Shown here: piece by piece, positions 39,566 through 49,367 of the stretch | Numbering within the stretch: the first letter of the stretch is position 1 | How the letters are laid out: the number at the start of each line of letters is the position of its first letter | Assembly: GCA_020353515.1 (NCBI GenBank) | Contig: CP070695.1 | Coordinates: 3,774,277-3,838,276 of the forward strand | DNA from: Candidatus Heimdallarchaeota archaeon | GTDB lineage: Archaea; Asgardarchaeota; Heimdallarchaeia; Hodarchaeales; Hodarchaeaceae | Reading direction: 5' to 3' | Length of the DNA: 64,000 nt | The notes under the pieces: generated by a model | The model's input: only the letters and a program-made list of their open reading frames with translations | What the model was told of the DNA's origin: nothing | The model's database searches: none | Position numbers and translations under genes: made by a program

Positions 39566-40399
39566 TCAGCCCCTCCAAATAATAGAAACAGGATTTCGAA
39601 TAGGAATCTTGGAGTATTCATAAATAGGATAGCCCATGGATAAGACTGCAAAAACCTCGTATTTTTCCGGTGAGACCCCCAATTCTTCCGCTATTTTTGG
39701 TCTTCGGCGAATCGCTTCAATAGCGTAGCCAATGTTTAAGGTTCCTAATCCATTCACATGTGCTGCTAACATCAAATAAGCAACAGCAAAACCAACGTTT
39801 AATGCCACCATTGAATCATCTTTAGGTGCGTACACAACGAGAATCGCTGGAGGGTCATAAAAAATCGCATCTCTACCTTTATCAGCTTCCATCAACCAAT
39901 AGTTCCATTTTCGTATACGTCGTAACGTATTAGGATCCTCTGATTCTGATGATTCGAAGATTTTCAACACAGAGGCATAGAAATTCCTGAGATTTTCCAC
40001 AAATGGAGGTATAGCTTGGTTTTTCATAATGAGATATTTAACATTCTGCAAATTACTTGCCGTTGGAGCATATCGTGCTTCAGATATGAGTCGTTCTAGT
40101 AAATCTTTAGGGATCGGCTTTTCTTTGAAATTTCTAATCGATCTTCTGGTTTGAAATAATGTATACAGATCTTGAGGATCGATTTTAGAGGTAGTTGGAA
40201 TTTTTCTAGATAATGTGTAATCTAGCTTAGCGTGTCTGATGGCATCTTCAGGACAAATAGCTATACAGTGGCCACATAATATACAATACTCTTCAAACTC
40301 AACTTTTATGCTGTCTTGATCCAATGCAAAAATAATTGAGGGGCAAGTATTAACACAATAACCACATTTGATACATAATTCTGGTAAAACTTCAATCAT
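39566..40399 (-). CDS. Nitroreductase with N-terminal 2x[4Fe-4S] ferredoxin domain
   Basis: CIKCGYCVNTCP, CILCGHCIAICP, RRSIRNF, APTASNLQ. Confidence 0.92.
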   Translation of the reverse strand: MIEVLPELCIKCGYCVNTCPSIIFALDQDSIKVEFEEYCILCGHCIAICPEDAIRHAKLDYTLSRKIPTTSKIDPQDLYTLFQTRRSIRNFKEKPIPKDLLERLISEARYAPTASNLQNVKYLIMKNQAIPPFVENLRNFYASVLKIFESSESEDPNTLRRIRKWNYWLMEADKGRDAIFYDPPAILVVYAPKDDSMVALNVGFAVAYLMLAAHVNGLGTLNIGYAIEAIRRRPKIAEELGVSPEKYEVFAVLSMGYPIYEYSKIPIRNPVSIIWRG

Positions 40400-40590
40400 T
40401 TAATTCGTGCCACTCCTAAAGTCTAAGTAAGTCCGTTTTATTCTAGTTTTTATTTAATTCTTTTCCTGATATAATGATTACTCTTGTTTAATCTTGATTG
40501 GAGAAATTTTAAAGATAAATTTAGACTAATGGTACTGGAAAAACTCAATGTTTAAATTAGAGAACTCCAATATTTTCACTAGTGTAAAAG

Positions 40591-43500
40591 ATGACTCTCA
40601 ATTCCCTTTTACTAAGAGACGACATCCCTGACGATGTAATAAGAGAAATCAAATTAGCAATTACTGATCAAAGAAAAATAGAAGAAAACTCTCTAAAAAC
40701 AGAAACAAGACTCCAATTTCTACTTAAATCCAGTCCAGCAGTAATTTTTTCTTGTGAACCTCGAGATAACTTCCCAACAACCTTTATGAGCGAGAACGTA
40801 AAGGAAATCCTTGGCCATGATGTTCATGAGTTTATTAGCAATCCGAGTTTCTGGACTAACGGAATCCATCCTGATGATAGACAACATTCAGTGGAAATAT
40901 TTCAGGGAATAGTTCAAAGTGAACATTATAGTGTAACTTACCGCTTTAAACACAAAAATGGTTCTTATCTTTGGATGATGGATGAAGCTACTCTTATTCG
41001 AGACAACCAGGGGAACCCCATTGAGATTGTGGGCTATTGGACTGATATTACAAAACAGAAAGAAGCAGAGGAAAGGTTACGTAAAAGTGAAGAAGACTAC
41101 AGATCGCTCTTTGAAAACATACCAATTGGCTTATATCGTAGCACACCTGATCATGAATTTGTTGCAGCTAATCCAACCTTTATCAAACAGGTAGGACTTT
41201 CTTCGTTTGAAGAATTAGCATTGATTGAGCCTAATAAGCTAGCGACAAGACGAAATTATCCAAGGGATCGTTTTCTAAAGGAAATCCATACGAAGGGGGA
41301 AGTCAAAGGATTGGAGTTTGAACTTAAAAAATCCGATGGAACATCAATATATATCAGAGAAAATGCAAGAGCAATCAAAGATTCAAAAGGAACAATCAGA
41401 TATTATGAAGGGAGTGTTGAAGATATTACTGACCGAGTTCTAATGGAAGAAGCTTTACGTGAAAGTGAGACAAAATATCGGACTTTAGTTGAACGAGCAA
41501 ACGATGGAATTGCAATTGTTCAGGGTGGTAAGTTAGGTGACAAGTTTCTATTCATCAACCAGCGATTTGCGCAAATGCTTGGATACAGACCTGATGAACT
41601 CCTGAATATGTCTTATGCACAGGTTGTTCATCCTGACGCTTTTCCTGAAATTAATGAGCGTCGTAAAGCCAGATTAGCGGGTAATGAAGTTTCTCTTACC
41701 TATGATTCAAAACTAATAAAGAAAAATGGCAATTCATTAGAAGTGGGGTTAAATCTGGGAATAATTGATTATCAGGGGGAAGAAGCAGTTCTAGCGATAG
41801 TCAGGGACATAACAAAACGTAAGCAAGCAGAAGAACAACTCCAATACCAAGCGAATCTGCTAACATATGTTTCTGATGCTGTGATTGCAAGCGATTTGGA
41901 CTTCCGAATAACAAGTTGGAATAAGGCAGCAGAAAAAATCTACGGATGGCAAGAAGAAGAAGTTCTGGGAAAAGAAGTAGGAATATTACTGCATCAGGAA
42001 TTCCCCTATCACATAAGAGATGATGTATTAGGCGATTTCATGAGGGAGGGGATCTGGCAAGGTGAAGTTATACAGAAAAGAAAAGATGGAACGCCAATTA
42101 ACATCCTCATGTCAGTAGCTTTGGTCAAAGACAGGACAGGCAAACCCATAGCTGCACTAGCAGTAAATCGGGACATTACGGAACGAAAACAGGCAGAACA
42201 AGCGATAAAAGAAAATAAGGAAAAATATCGATCTTTTATTGAGAATTTTCAAGGGATTGCATTTGAGGGTTATGCAGATTATACTCAAGACTTTTTCCTT
42301 GGGAATGTGGAAGAGATAACAGGTTATACTGAGACCGATTTTCTTTCTGGAAGAATTATGTTTAAAGAATTAATCCATCCAGAAGATGCACAACGAATAA
42401 CAAATGATGTTGTTAAGTTCTATTCTTCATCTAAAGAATTGACTCGAAGAGAATATCGTATTTTCGACCGATATGGTACCATTCACTGGCTTCAAGAAGA
42501 TATTAAGAAGTTTTATAATAAAGAAAAAGACAAAATTGGCGTATATGGTACAATTCAAGATATTACCAAGAGAAAACAGGCAGAGGAAGCATTAAGGGAA
42601 AATGAGGAGAAATATCGATCACTCGTTGAGCTAGCCAATGATGGGATTGTTATTATTCGTGATATGAAGTTTAATTTCCTTAATAGACAAGCAGTAGAAA
42701 TGCTGGGTTATACTGTTGAAGAGTTAATTGATGTTCCATTCGCTAAAGTAGTTCATCCTGATGGATTTAACGATGCTCTTAAGATGTATCAGGATAGGAT
42801 GGCGGGGCACGATGTACCATCGAAATATGAAATGAAATTATCACGTAAAGATGGAACCCCATTAGACGTGGAAATTAATGTAAGAATGATCACTTATCAA
42901 GATGGTACAGCAGAACTTGCAATGGCTCGTGATATCACTGAGCGAAAGAAGGCTGAAATAGCTTTACGTGAAAGTGAGGAGAGATTACGAAAGTTTATGG
43001 AGTCAGCTACCGATGGATTTACCCTTCTGGATTTAAATTTAAACTTCATTGATATTAACAAAGCAGGATTAATAGGACTCAACCTAGCAGAAGAGGAAGT
43101 AGTGGGAAAGAATTTCCTAGAAATTTTCCCCAAACTAAAGGATTCAAGTACATACGATAACTATCTCGAAGTTTTAAAGACTGGAAAACCATATTATAGT
43201 GATGATATTGATTCTGCTCCAAGAATCAGAAATAAGTACTATTCAGTGAGGGCCTTCAAAGTGGGTGATGGACTTGGTATTATTACCACGGATATTACTG
43301 ATCGGGTAAAAGCAGAAAAAACTAGAGAAGAGCTAGAACAGCGACGTGATAGCTTTGTTTGGATGACCAGTCATGAACTTAGAACTCCCCTGACCGTTCT
43401 TACAGGATACTGTGACTTTCTAATCGAGCATATAAATGATCTAGCCCAACAACGCATAACAAACATCTTAAGTGTTATGAAAAACAATTTAGATAGATTA

Positions 43501-44031
43501 GAACGTTTAACCAGCAAAGTGAGTACAATCGGACAAATTGAACGAGGTATTTTTGAAATTGAAAAAACCTCAATGAATTTATGTGATTTTCTGCAGAATA
43601 CACTAGAACCTTACCATCAGCTATTAGGAAACCAGTTTGAATTTCAAGGATGCTTAGAGGAATCTGCAATAATCATCGATGGGGATCCGCACAGGCTGCA
43701 ACAGGTATTAGATAATATCATTGGTAACGCTATTAAGCAAACGGATAAAGATAGCAGGAGAATAAGCGTCACATCGAAGATTTTTCCCTTAGAAATAAAA
43801 ATTGAAGTTTCAGATAACGGCGCAGGGATTAGATCAGAGGATTTGAATCTGATTTTTGATCAATTCGTAAGTATTCCAACAGAATTTTCTGCCACTGGCA
43901 CAGGTATCGGGCTGTATTTATGTCGAAAGACACTGGAAGCACATGGAGGAAAAATTACAGCAGAGAGTAAAGGACCAGGTCTTGGAGCAACCTTTATTAT
44001 CGAACTTCCAAGGAAAAGTAACTTCAAATAG
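40591..44031 (+). CDS. Cytoplasmic sensor histidine kinase with seven PAS/PAC domains
   Basis: Seven DIT.[RQ] PAC ends; H-box SHELRTPL; N-box NIIGNAIK; DNGAGI; GTGIGL. Confidence 0.93.
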   Translation: MTLNSLLLRDDIPDDVIREIKLAITDQRKIEENSLKTETRLQFLLKSSPAVIFSCEPRDNFPTTFMSENVKEILGHDVHEFISNPSFWTNGIHPDDRQHSVEIFQGIVQSEHYSVTYRFKHKNGSYLWMMDEATLIRDNQGNPIEIVGYWTDITKQKEAEERLRKSEEDYRSLFENIPIGLYRSTPDHEFVAANPTFIKQVGLSSFEELALIEPNKLATRRNYPRDRFLKEIHTKGEVKGLEFELKKSDGTSIYIRENARAIKDSKGTIRYYEGSVEDITDRVLMEEALRESETKYRTLVERANDGIAIVQGGKLGDKFLFINQRFAQMLGYRPDELLNMSYAQVVHPDAFPEINERRKARLAGNEVSLTYDSKLIKKNGNSLEVGLNLGIIDYQGEEAVLAIVRDITKRKQAEEQLQYQANLLTYVSDAVIASDLDFRITSWNKAAEKIYGWQEEEVLGKEVGILLHQEFPYHIRDDVLGDFMREGIWQGEVIQKRKDGTPINILMSVALVKDRTGKPIAALAVNRDITERKQAEQAIKENKEKYRSFIENFQGIAFEGYADYTQDFFLGNVEEITGYTETDFLSGRIMFKELIHPEDAQRITNDVVKFYSSSKELTRREYRIFDRYGTIHWLQEDIKKFYNKEKDKIGVYGTIQDITKRKQAEEALRENEEKYRSLVELANDGIVIIRDMKFNFLNRQAVEMLGYTVEELIDVPFAKVVHPDGFNDALKMYQDRMAGHDVPSKYEMKLSRKDGTPLDVEINVRMITYQDGTAELAMARDITERKKAEIALRESEERLRKFMESATDGFTLLDLNLNFIDINKAGLIGLNLAEEEVVGKNFLEIFPKLKDSSTYDNYLEVLKTGKPYYSDDIDSAPRIRNKYYSVRAFKVGDGLGIITTDITDRVKAEKTREELEQRRDSFVWMTSHELRTPLTVLTGYCDFLIEHINDLAQQRITNILSVMKNNLDRLERLTSKVSTIGQIERGIFEIEKTSMNLCDFLQNTLEPYHQLLGNQFEFQGCLEESAIIIDGDPHRLQQVLDNIIGNAIKQTDKDSRRISVTSKIFPLEIKIEVSDNGAGIRSEDLNLIFDQFVSIPTEFSATGTGIGLYLCRKTLEAHGGKITAESKGPGLGATFIIELPRKSNFK

Positions 44032-44425
44032 AGAGATTTCTGAAAAGGGAGACAATATTCACTGAAAAGACACTTAGCATTCACTTTCAATGAACCCTCC
44101 CTCTCTAAGATTTTGACTAACTAAAGGGAATAAGGATGTTTAATGTTATAAAGAGAGTAATTACATTATTTGATTTAAAAATATTCTATCAAAACCAGTC
44201 TATTATATGAGTTTAAGCCCTAGCATTCTAATTTTCCCTTATCAAGCGCATCTCTTCCTGAAAATGTCATGATAAAAAGATTACAACAGTTGAAAAGCAT
44301 AAACCAAGATCACACACAACCATTATTACTTGGAAATTACTGTCCTTAACGTTTAAAGTATCCCAATGTATTTCTAGAATATATAGATACGTACGCGAAA
44401 GTGACGAAAAAAATCCGACAGAAAT

Positions 44426-45703
44426 GTGAACTCTATGTCTAGTACTAATTTTTCTGCTCTTTTTACAAACTTTCAATCAGTGTTCATAGAGGCTGGAGAA
44501 AAGGTGTTTGCATCTAATTACATTCCAAATCACCTTTGGCACCGGGAGGAAGAAATGAAAAGCTTAGTTAATTACTTTAGGTCTATTATTACTGAACCTA
44601 CTGGGAGTAGCAGAAAGGTTGTGCTCTATGGGCCAGTTGGTACCGGAAAAACAGTCATTTCGAGGGCATTCGGAGCAGATCTAACCAGGTATTTAAGGTC
44701 AGAACATAAACCAGGAGACCCAAGTTTTCGATTCTTCCATGTGAATTGTCGAAAGACCAAGACCCCACATTTGATTTTAACAACGGTCTTAAGACAGCTT
44801 GTTCCTGGTTTTCCTTTGCGAGGTTTTTCAGTCGATGAACTGTTGAGAATGTTTTCCCTATTGCTTTATGAGCAAAATTTGGTATCTCTACTTGTATTAG
44901 ATGAGATTGATTACTTAATATCTGATGAGCGAACAGATTTTCTTTACGCTTTGTCACGTATAGAGGAAGGAGAGTCTAAAATCCGAAATGACCATTTCTC
45001 TACGTTTCCTGGTAATCACACGGAATCTCGTTTCAACCTATTATGTTGCACCCGAGACAAGAATTTTCGCTATCATCTTGACTCCTCCACCATCTCCTCC
45101 CTTGGTAGAAACTTCATTACTTTCCCTCCTTACACTAGAAATCAGCTTTTCGATATTGTGAGCTCTCGTGCTGAGCTAGGACTCCGAGAAGAGAGTTACA
45201 ATAATGATCTCATTGAAGTCATTGCAAGTCTCGCAGAAGAATATGGAGACGCACGATTTGCCATTGAATTGTTATGGCGAGCTGCGAAACTAGCAGACCG
45301 AGAAAAGAAGGATCAGATCACAGCTGAGCATGTACGTAAAGCAGTCGTATCTGTACTCCCCATTGAAAAATCAGTTCTTGAAGACTTGAATACCCATCAA
45401 AAATTATTATTATTAAGCATTGCTAGACTTCTTTGCGACAATAGACCATTTGTAACTACTCCAGAGGTCAAACATTCCTATATGAGCGTTTGTGAGGAGG
45501 CAGGTGTTCGTGCGAGGCGCCAAACACAAATGTGGGCCTATCTGAAGGATCTAGGCCGACTAGGACTCATTCAACAAGAGGTAGAGAATCGTCATAAAAA
45601 CGGACGGTCGATGGGAAGGGTCACGACAATACGGGTCCGTGATATCCCTGTCAACGAGATCATTCAGTCCTTAAATCACTTAATCGAAGATTCACAATCC
45701 TAA
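44426..45703 (+). CDS. cdc6: Orc1/Cdc6 replication initiation protein
   Basis: P..LWHREEE, GPVGTGKT, VNC, LDEID, GDARFAIELL, C-terminal wHTH. Confidence 0.93.
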   Translation: MNSMSSTNFSALFTNFQSVFIEAGEKVFASNYIPNHLWHREEEMKSLVNYFRSIITEPTGSSRKVVLYGPVGTGKTVISRAFGADLTRYLRSEHKPGDPSFRFFHVNCRKTKTPHLILTTVLRQLVPGFPLRGFSVDELLRMFSLLLYEQNLVSLLVLDEIDYLISDERTDFLYALSRIEEGESKIRNDHFSTFPGNHTESRFNLLCCTRDKNFRYHLDSSTISSLGRNFITFPPYTRNQLFDIVSSRAELGLREESYNNDLIEVIASLAEEYGDARFAIELLWRAAKLADREKKDQITAEHVRKAVVSVLPIEKSVLEDLNTHQKLLLLSIARLLCDNRPFVTTPEVKHSYMSVCEEAGVRARRQTQMWAYLKDLGRLGLIQQEVENRHKNGRSMGRVTTIRVRDIPVNEIIQSLNHLIEDSQS

Positions 45704-46398
45704 TCCAATAAAAAGCCAATTTACGCCAAACCACAACACTCCCCCAAGTCCAGCTGCGATAGGCACAGTCCTATCCATGAGATTACTATCATCTTCACCA
45801 TCTGCTTCTGAATGGGTGACTTTTCAGCCCACCCAACTGCAATCATAGCAGCAATAAGAACATGAGTTCCACTTAAGGGGAATCCTAAGAGTGTGCCTAT
45901 TGTCATTATAAGCGTAACTGAAATCATTGAAGAAAGCCCAGAAGTAGGATTCATTTCAACAAGCTCTTTTGTCACGACTCGAATTACGACCTTTCCTATA
46001 ATTATTAGGCCTAAGGCCATGCCAAAACCACCTATCAACATCATTAGTCATAAGTTTATCGTTATAGCTTCTGCTTCGAGTATTTTTAAACCCAAAACTG
46101 GTGCAATAGAGTTTGCAACGTCACGGTGACGATCCTCAGTAGCTTGTGGTAAATAGGCTCCTTTAGAAAAGATACTATTGATTAACTCTTCTTTAATGTC
46201 ATCACATCGTCTTTCAGCTTCAATAATTTCTTCTTTTAACTGACTAATTTTATCTCGAGCTTCAGGATTGTTTTCATGGTCAGACCATATTTTAATCGCT
46301 GCTGCTAATTTTGCTGAACAAACTTGTAGCTCTTATGCATGCTGATCCTAGACAATAATAATATTAATTTTATCTCCCCTTAGTGTTTCTCGTAGCAT
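45700..46398 (-). pseudogene. Collapsed DUF47 (phosphate transport regulator) - PiT phosphate transporter pseudogene
   Basis: One frame from ATG 46398 runs from DUF47-like ERRCDDIK..AYLPQATEDR into PiT DVANSIAP and GFPLSGTH; three in-frame stops (TAG, TAA, TGA) and a frameshift near the 3' end. Confidence 0.8.
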
Positions 46399-46614
46399 AT
46401 TTAAGTACTTGTTTTTGAATGTCTTCAGTTTAAACCATGAAATTAATAGTAATTACTTAAGCAGGAATTTAGAATCAATCAAAGAAAGGAAGAAAAAAAA
46501 AATCCCGATTAGCTATTTTCTAGTTATTAGGTTCTGCAAGGTTAAAATTTAAATCATTTATTTTTGAGGTACTCCATTCAAGTAGTTTACCATGATCGGA
46601 GGTTTTAATGTACT

Positions 46615-47604
46615 TTGGCGAAAGATAAAGAATTTTATGTTCGTGATTTAGCAATCGATGATGAATATGACACTATCACAGCCAATAAATCAGTTAAAGA
46701 TGCAGCTCTAAAAATGAAAGAGCTAGGGATTCCTGATTTAGTTGTAGTTAATAAAGAAGATAAGAAGAAAGTTTTAGGTGTTATAGCAGACTTTGATATT
46801 GTAACAGGACTTGTTGCTGAAGGGTTGTCTGCAGAAACATCTAAAGTGACAGAAATCATGTATACAATTGATCCTGTGACCAAGGATACCCCAGTATCAA
46901 CTGCTTTCTCTCGGATGCGTGATTTAGATGTCTCGATTATTCCAGTCATCGAAAAAGATGAATTAGTCGGTGTTGCGACTATTACTGACTGTTGGGGTTT
47001 TTTACCCGAGAAATATGAAGACCAAAGAGGATTAATTGCCGTTAATAATCCTCGATTCGCAAATTATGGCTTCACAATTTTAATGACTTTACTCTACTTT
47101 TGTTTTGGGATTTTAGCACCTTTTGCGGGTTTTACTGGATTTATAAAGGCACCAACTGCTGGCTCAGCTATTGGATCCCAAATTACTACTTATGGCCTCT
47201 TTGATGCACGAGGAGGAGGTTTTTATATTGGTTACTTAGAATTTCAGGGCACGTACAGTCTCATGTGGCTAGCAATGTTTCTTTATGGGATTATATTCTT
47301 GATTCTAGGAATATTTAGTACTTGGTGCATAATCCACTGGTCGAACGCAGATTATCATTTAGTTAAGACGGATAGAAATTGGCAAGCATTAGGCCTCGGT
47401 GTAGGCATAGTAAATCTCCTTATAGAGTGGGGCCTGTTCGTTATTGTAATTATACTCGGAATCCTACGTATCTCAGATGGTCAAATAACACTCGATATCT
47501 TTGGACTCCTGTTTTCTGGATTGGCGATTATCTTCCTTATTGCAGCTGTTTCTCGGGATATTCTCTTCCGTGAGAGTACACCAACCACTTCAGAGGAGGG
47601 GTGA
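46615..47604 (+). CDS. CBS-pair domain protein with C-terminal four-TM domain
   Basis: Two CBS motifs (VLGVIADFDI; PVIEKDELVGVATITD) followed by 4 TMs. Confidence 0.85.
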   Translation: MAKDKEFYVRDLAIDDEYDTITANKSVKDAALKMKELGIPDLVVVNKEDKKKVLGVIADFDIVTGLVAEGLSAETSKVTEIMYTIDPVTKDTPVSTAFSRMRDLDVSIIPVIEKDELVGVATITDCWGFLPEKYEDQRGLIAVNNPRFANYGFTILMTLLYFCFGILAPFAGFTGFIKAPTAGSAIGSQITTYGLFDARGGGFYIGYLEFQGTYSLMWLAMFLYGIIFLILGIFSTWCIIHWSNADYHLVKTDRNWQALGLGVGIVNLLIEWGLFVIVIILGILRISDGQITLDIFGLLFSGLAIIFLIAAVSRDILFRESTPTTSEEG

Positions 47605-49292
47605 GTTGTATGCCTCGTGGTGGTGGTGGCTTCCGAGGTGGGGGTTTAGGTGGTGGTGGTTTTCGTGGAGGAGGTTTCCGAGGTGGGAGTCGAAGCTTTC
47701 GAGTAGGAAGTGTCAGATCTTCAGGGCGACCTTTCGGTCGTACTGGCTCACGTAGAACAGTTTCACGAGCGCCTCGTGGTAGAAGTTATCACAGACCCCA
47801 TCATAGACGACATTGGGGGGGATATTATCGACCATGGTATCGTCGATGGTGGCACTGGCATTGGTGGTGGGGATATCCTTATCGGCCTTGGTATTATGCC
47901 CCAGTTTACTGGGGAGGTGGGGCAATTCTCGCGATCATTGCCTTACTAGTGATTCTTCCCCTCATTGGAGTAGCTTTCTGGTACCCCTTCTCAAATACTT
48001 CGCCAAGTGGTGTAGTAACTTACTCCGACACCCAGACTTTATTCTACAACGAATATTGGTATGAGAAAGAGTACTTATCGCAAGGGCAAAGTATTGACTA
48101 CCGTGTGGAAGCTCAGAGTGAAGTGACTTTTCTTATTTGGAACCAACCATTTGAAAATTTCCCCCTCTCAGATAGCCCTCTTACAGGAAGTTATAGTGAG
48201 AATGATATGACTGTTTTAGGAAATCATGATTATCAATATGTTGGTTATTTTTTAAAACCAGGATCCCGACTCGATTATCAATTCAATGTTACTTTAGGCG
48301 GTCCCATTGAATTTTTCGTCACAGATGCTAACGATTTATACCGTTGGAACAATTGGGAGACAATTATCTTCAAAGATTCTTACATAGGATCCGCAGGCTA
48401 TAGTGGAGGAATTGACATCAATTATGCTCAAGATTATTATCTAGTATGGTATAACAGCGGAACTAATCCCGTCTCCATCGATTTTACGGTCGATTATTCA
48501 GCAGCGGGCGCTTTCGATTTTAGTGATGCGGAAGATAATGGTGTTCTTGAACGAGATGTCGTAGATCCTGTATCTGGTTCTCTATCTGTTCCTTCAAGTG
48601 GTGACTGGTACTTCTTTGTATATTTTGATCCTTTTGTTAACCCGGCAGAATCAGTTGATATTACATTTGATGTCTCGTACAATACAGAAGTCACTTATGA
48701 CCAACAGTGGAAAAAAGTTACACCAATTTTTCTCCTTATTGGCTTCATTATTGTAATTTTACTTATTGTAGCTATTATCCAAAGAAGAACATCCAAGGAA
48801 ACTCCTTCACCCACCGACACAACCACAACAACAACACCAGTCTCTACAACTCCACCAACAACAACAGAAACGGTGCAGGTTGAGACATCTAAGACCTGTC
48901 ATCGGTGTAATTCACTCTCTAAACTTGGTGATGTTTATTGTGTCAATTGTGGTGCAAAACTATCTGGTCGAGATTATGGCGTATCCACAATAACAACGCC
49001 AGCCTCTGCAAAGAATTGTCGTAGCTGTGGAAAAGCTCTAATCCCCGAAAGTAGGTATTGTAAATATTGCGGAGCTAAGATCGAACAGGAAGCTAAACCT
49101 TACAAATATTTCCCTGATGAACGAGAAGCATTCTTCTGTCAATTAGACAATGAAAAACATCCCTCAACCGACTCTGCTTATGAATGTGAACAGTGTTCAC
49201 GTAAGATCTGTGGAGATTGTTATAACACAATCACTCAGACTGGAGTGACACGATGTCCATATTGTAAGGGAGAATTACGCCAAATTCAATGA
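47601..49292 (+). CDS. Two-TM protein: RGG and W/R-rich N-terminus, extracellular beta domains, Thr-rich linker, two Zn ribbons, C-terminal RING-like finger
   Basis: GGGFRGG repeats; TMs; CHRC..CVNC, CRSC..CKYC; C-x2-D-x12-C-x2-C-x4-C-x2-C-x11-C-x2-C. Likely start is ATG 47610. Confidence 0.8.
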   Translation: MSCMPRGGGGFRGGGLGGGGFRGGGFRGGSRSFRVGSVRSSGRPFGRTGSRRTVSRAPRGRSYHRPHHRRHWGGYYRPWYRRWWHWHWWWGYPYRPWYYAPVYWGGGAILAIIALLVILPLIGVAFWYPFSNTSPSGVVTYSDTQTLFYNEYWYEKEYLSQGQSIDYRVEAQSEVTFLIWNQPFENFPLSDSPLTGSYSENDMTVLGNHDYQYVGYFLKPGSRLDYQFNVTLGGPIEFFVTDANDLYRWNNWETIIFKDSYIGSAGYSGGIDINYAQDYYLVWYNSGTNPVSIDFTVDYSAAGAFDFSDAEDNGVLERDVVDPVSGSLSVPSSGDWYFFVYFDPFVNPAESVDITFDVSYNTEVTYDQQWKKVTPIFLLIGFIIVILLIVAIIQRRTSKETPSPTDTTTTTTPVSTTPPTTTETVQVETSKTCHRCNSLSKLGDVYCVNCGAKLSGRDYGVSTITTPASAKNCRSCGKALIPESRYCKYCGAKIEQEAKPYKYFPDEREAFFCQLDNEKHPSTDSAYECEQCSRKICGDCYNTITQTGVTRCPYCKGELRQIQ

Positions 49293-49367
49293 CTTTCTTT
49301 AGCTTTCCTTCTCCTTTTTCCCCTCTAAACCAATTTAAGGTCTCACAAATAGAGAGGATCGATATTT

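Noticed and set aside
46045-46398. Stop-codon recoding (Sec/Pyl) in the DUF47-PiT frame
   Set aside because: All three stop types occur, along with a frameshift and a large deletion, so this is decay rather than recoding
47615-47690. G-rich 15-nt periodic tract as a G-quadruplex or DNA repeat element
   Set aside because: Fully explained by Gly/Arg codons, and it varies at synonymous positions
48813-48870. (ACA)n microsatellite-like run
   Set aside because: Encodes the Thr-rich linker and is short and interrupted
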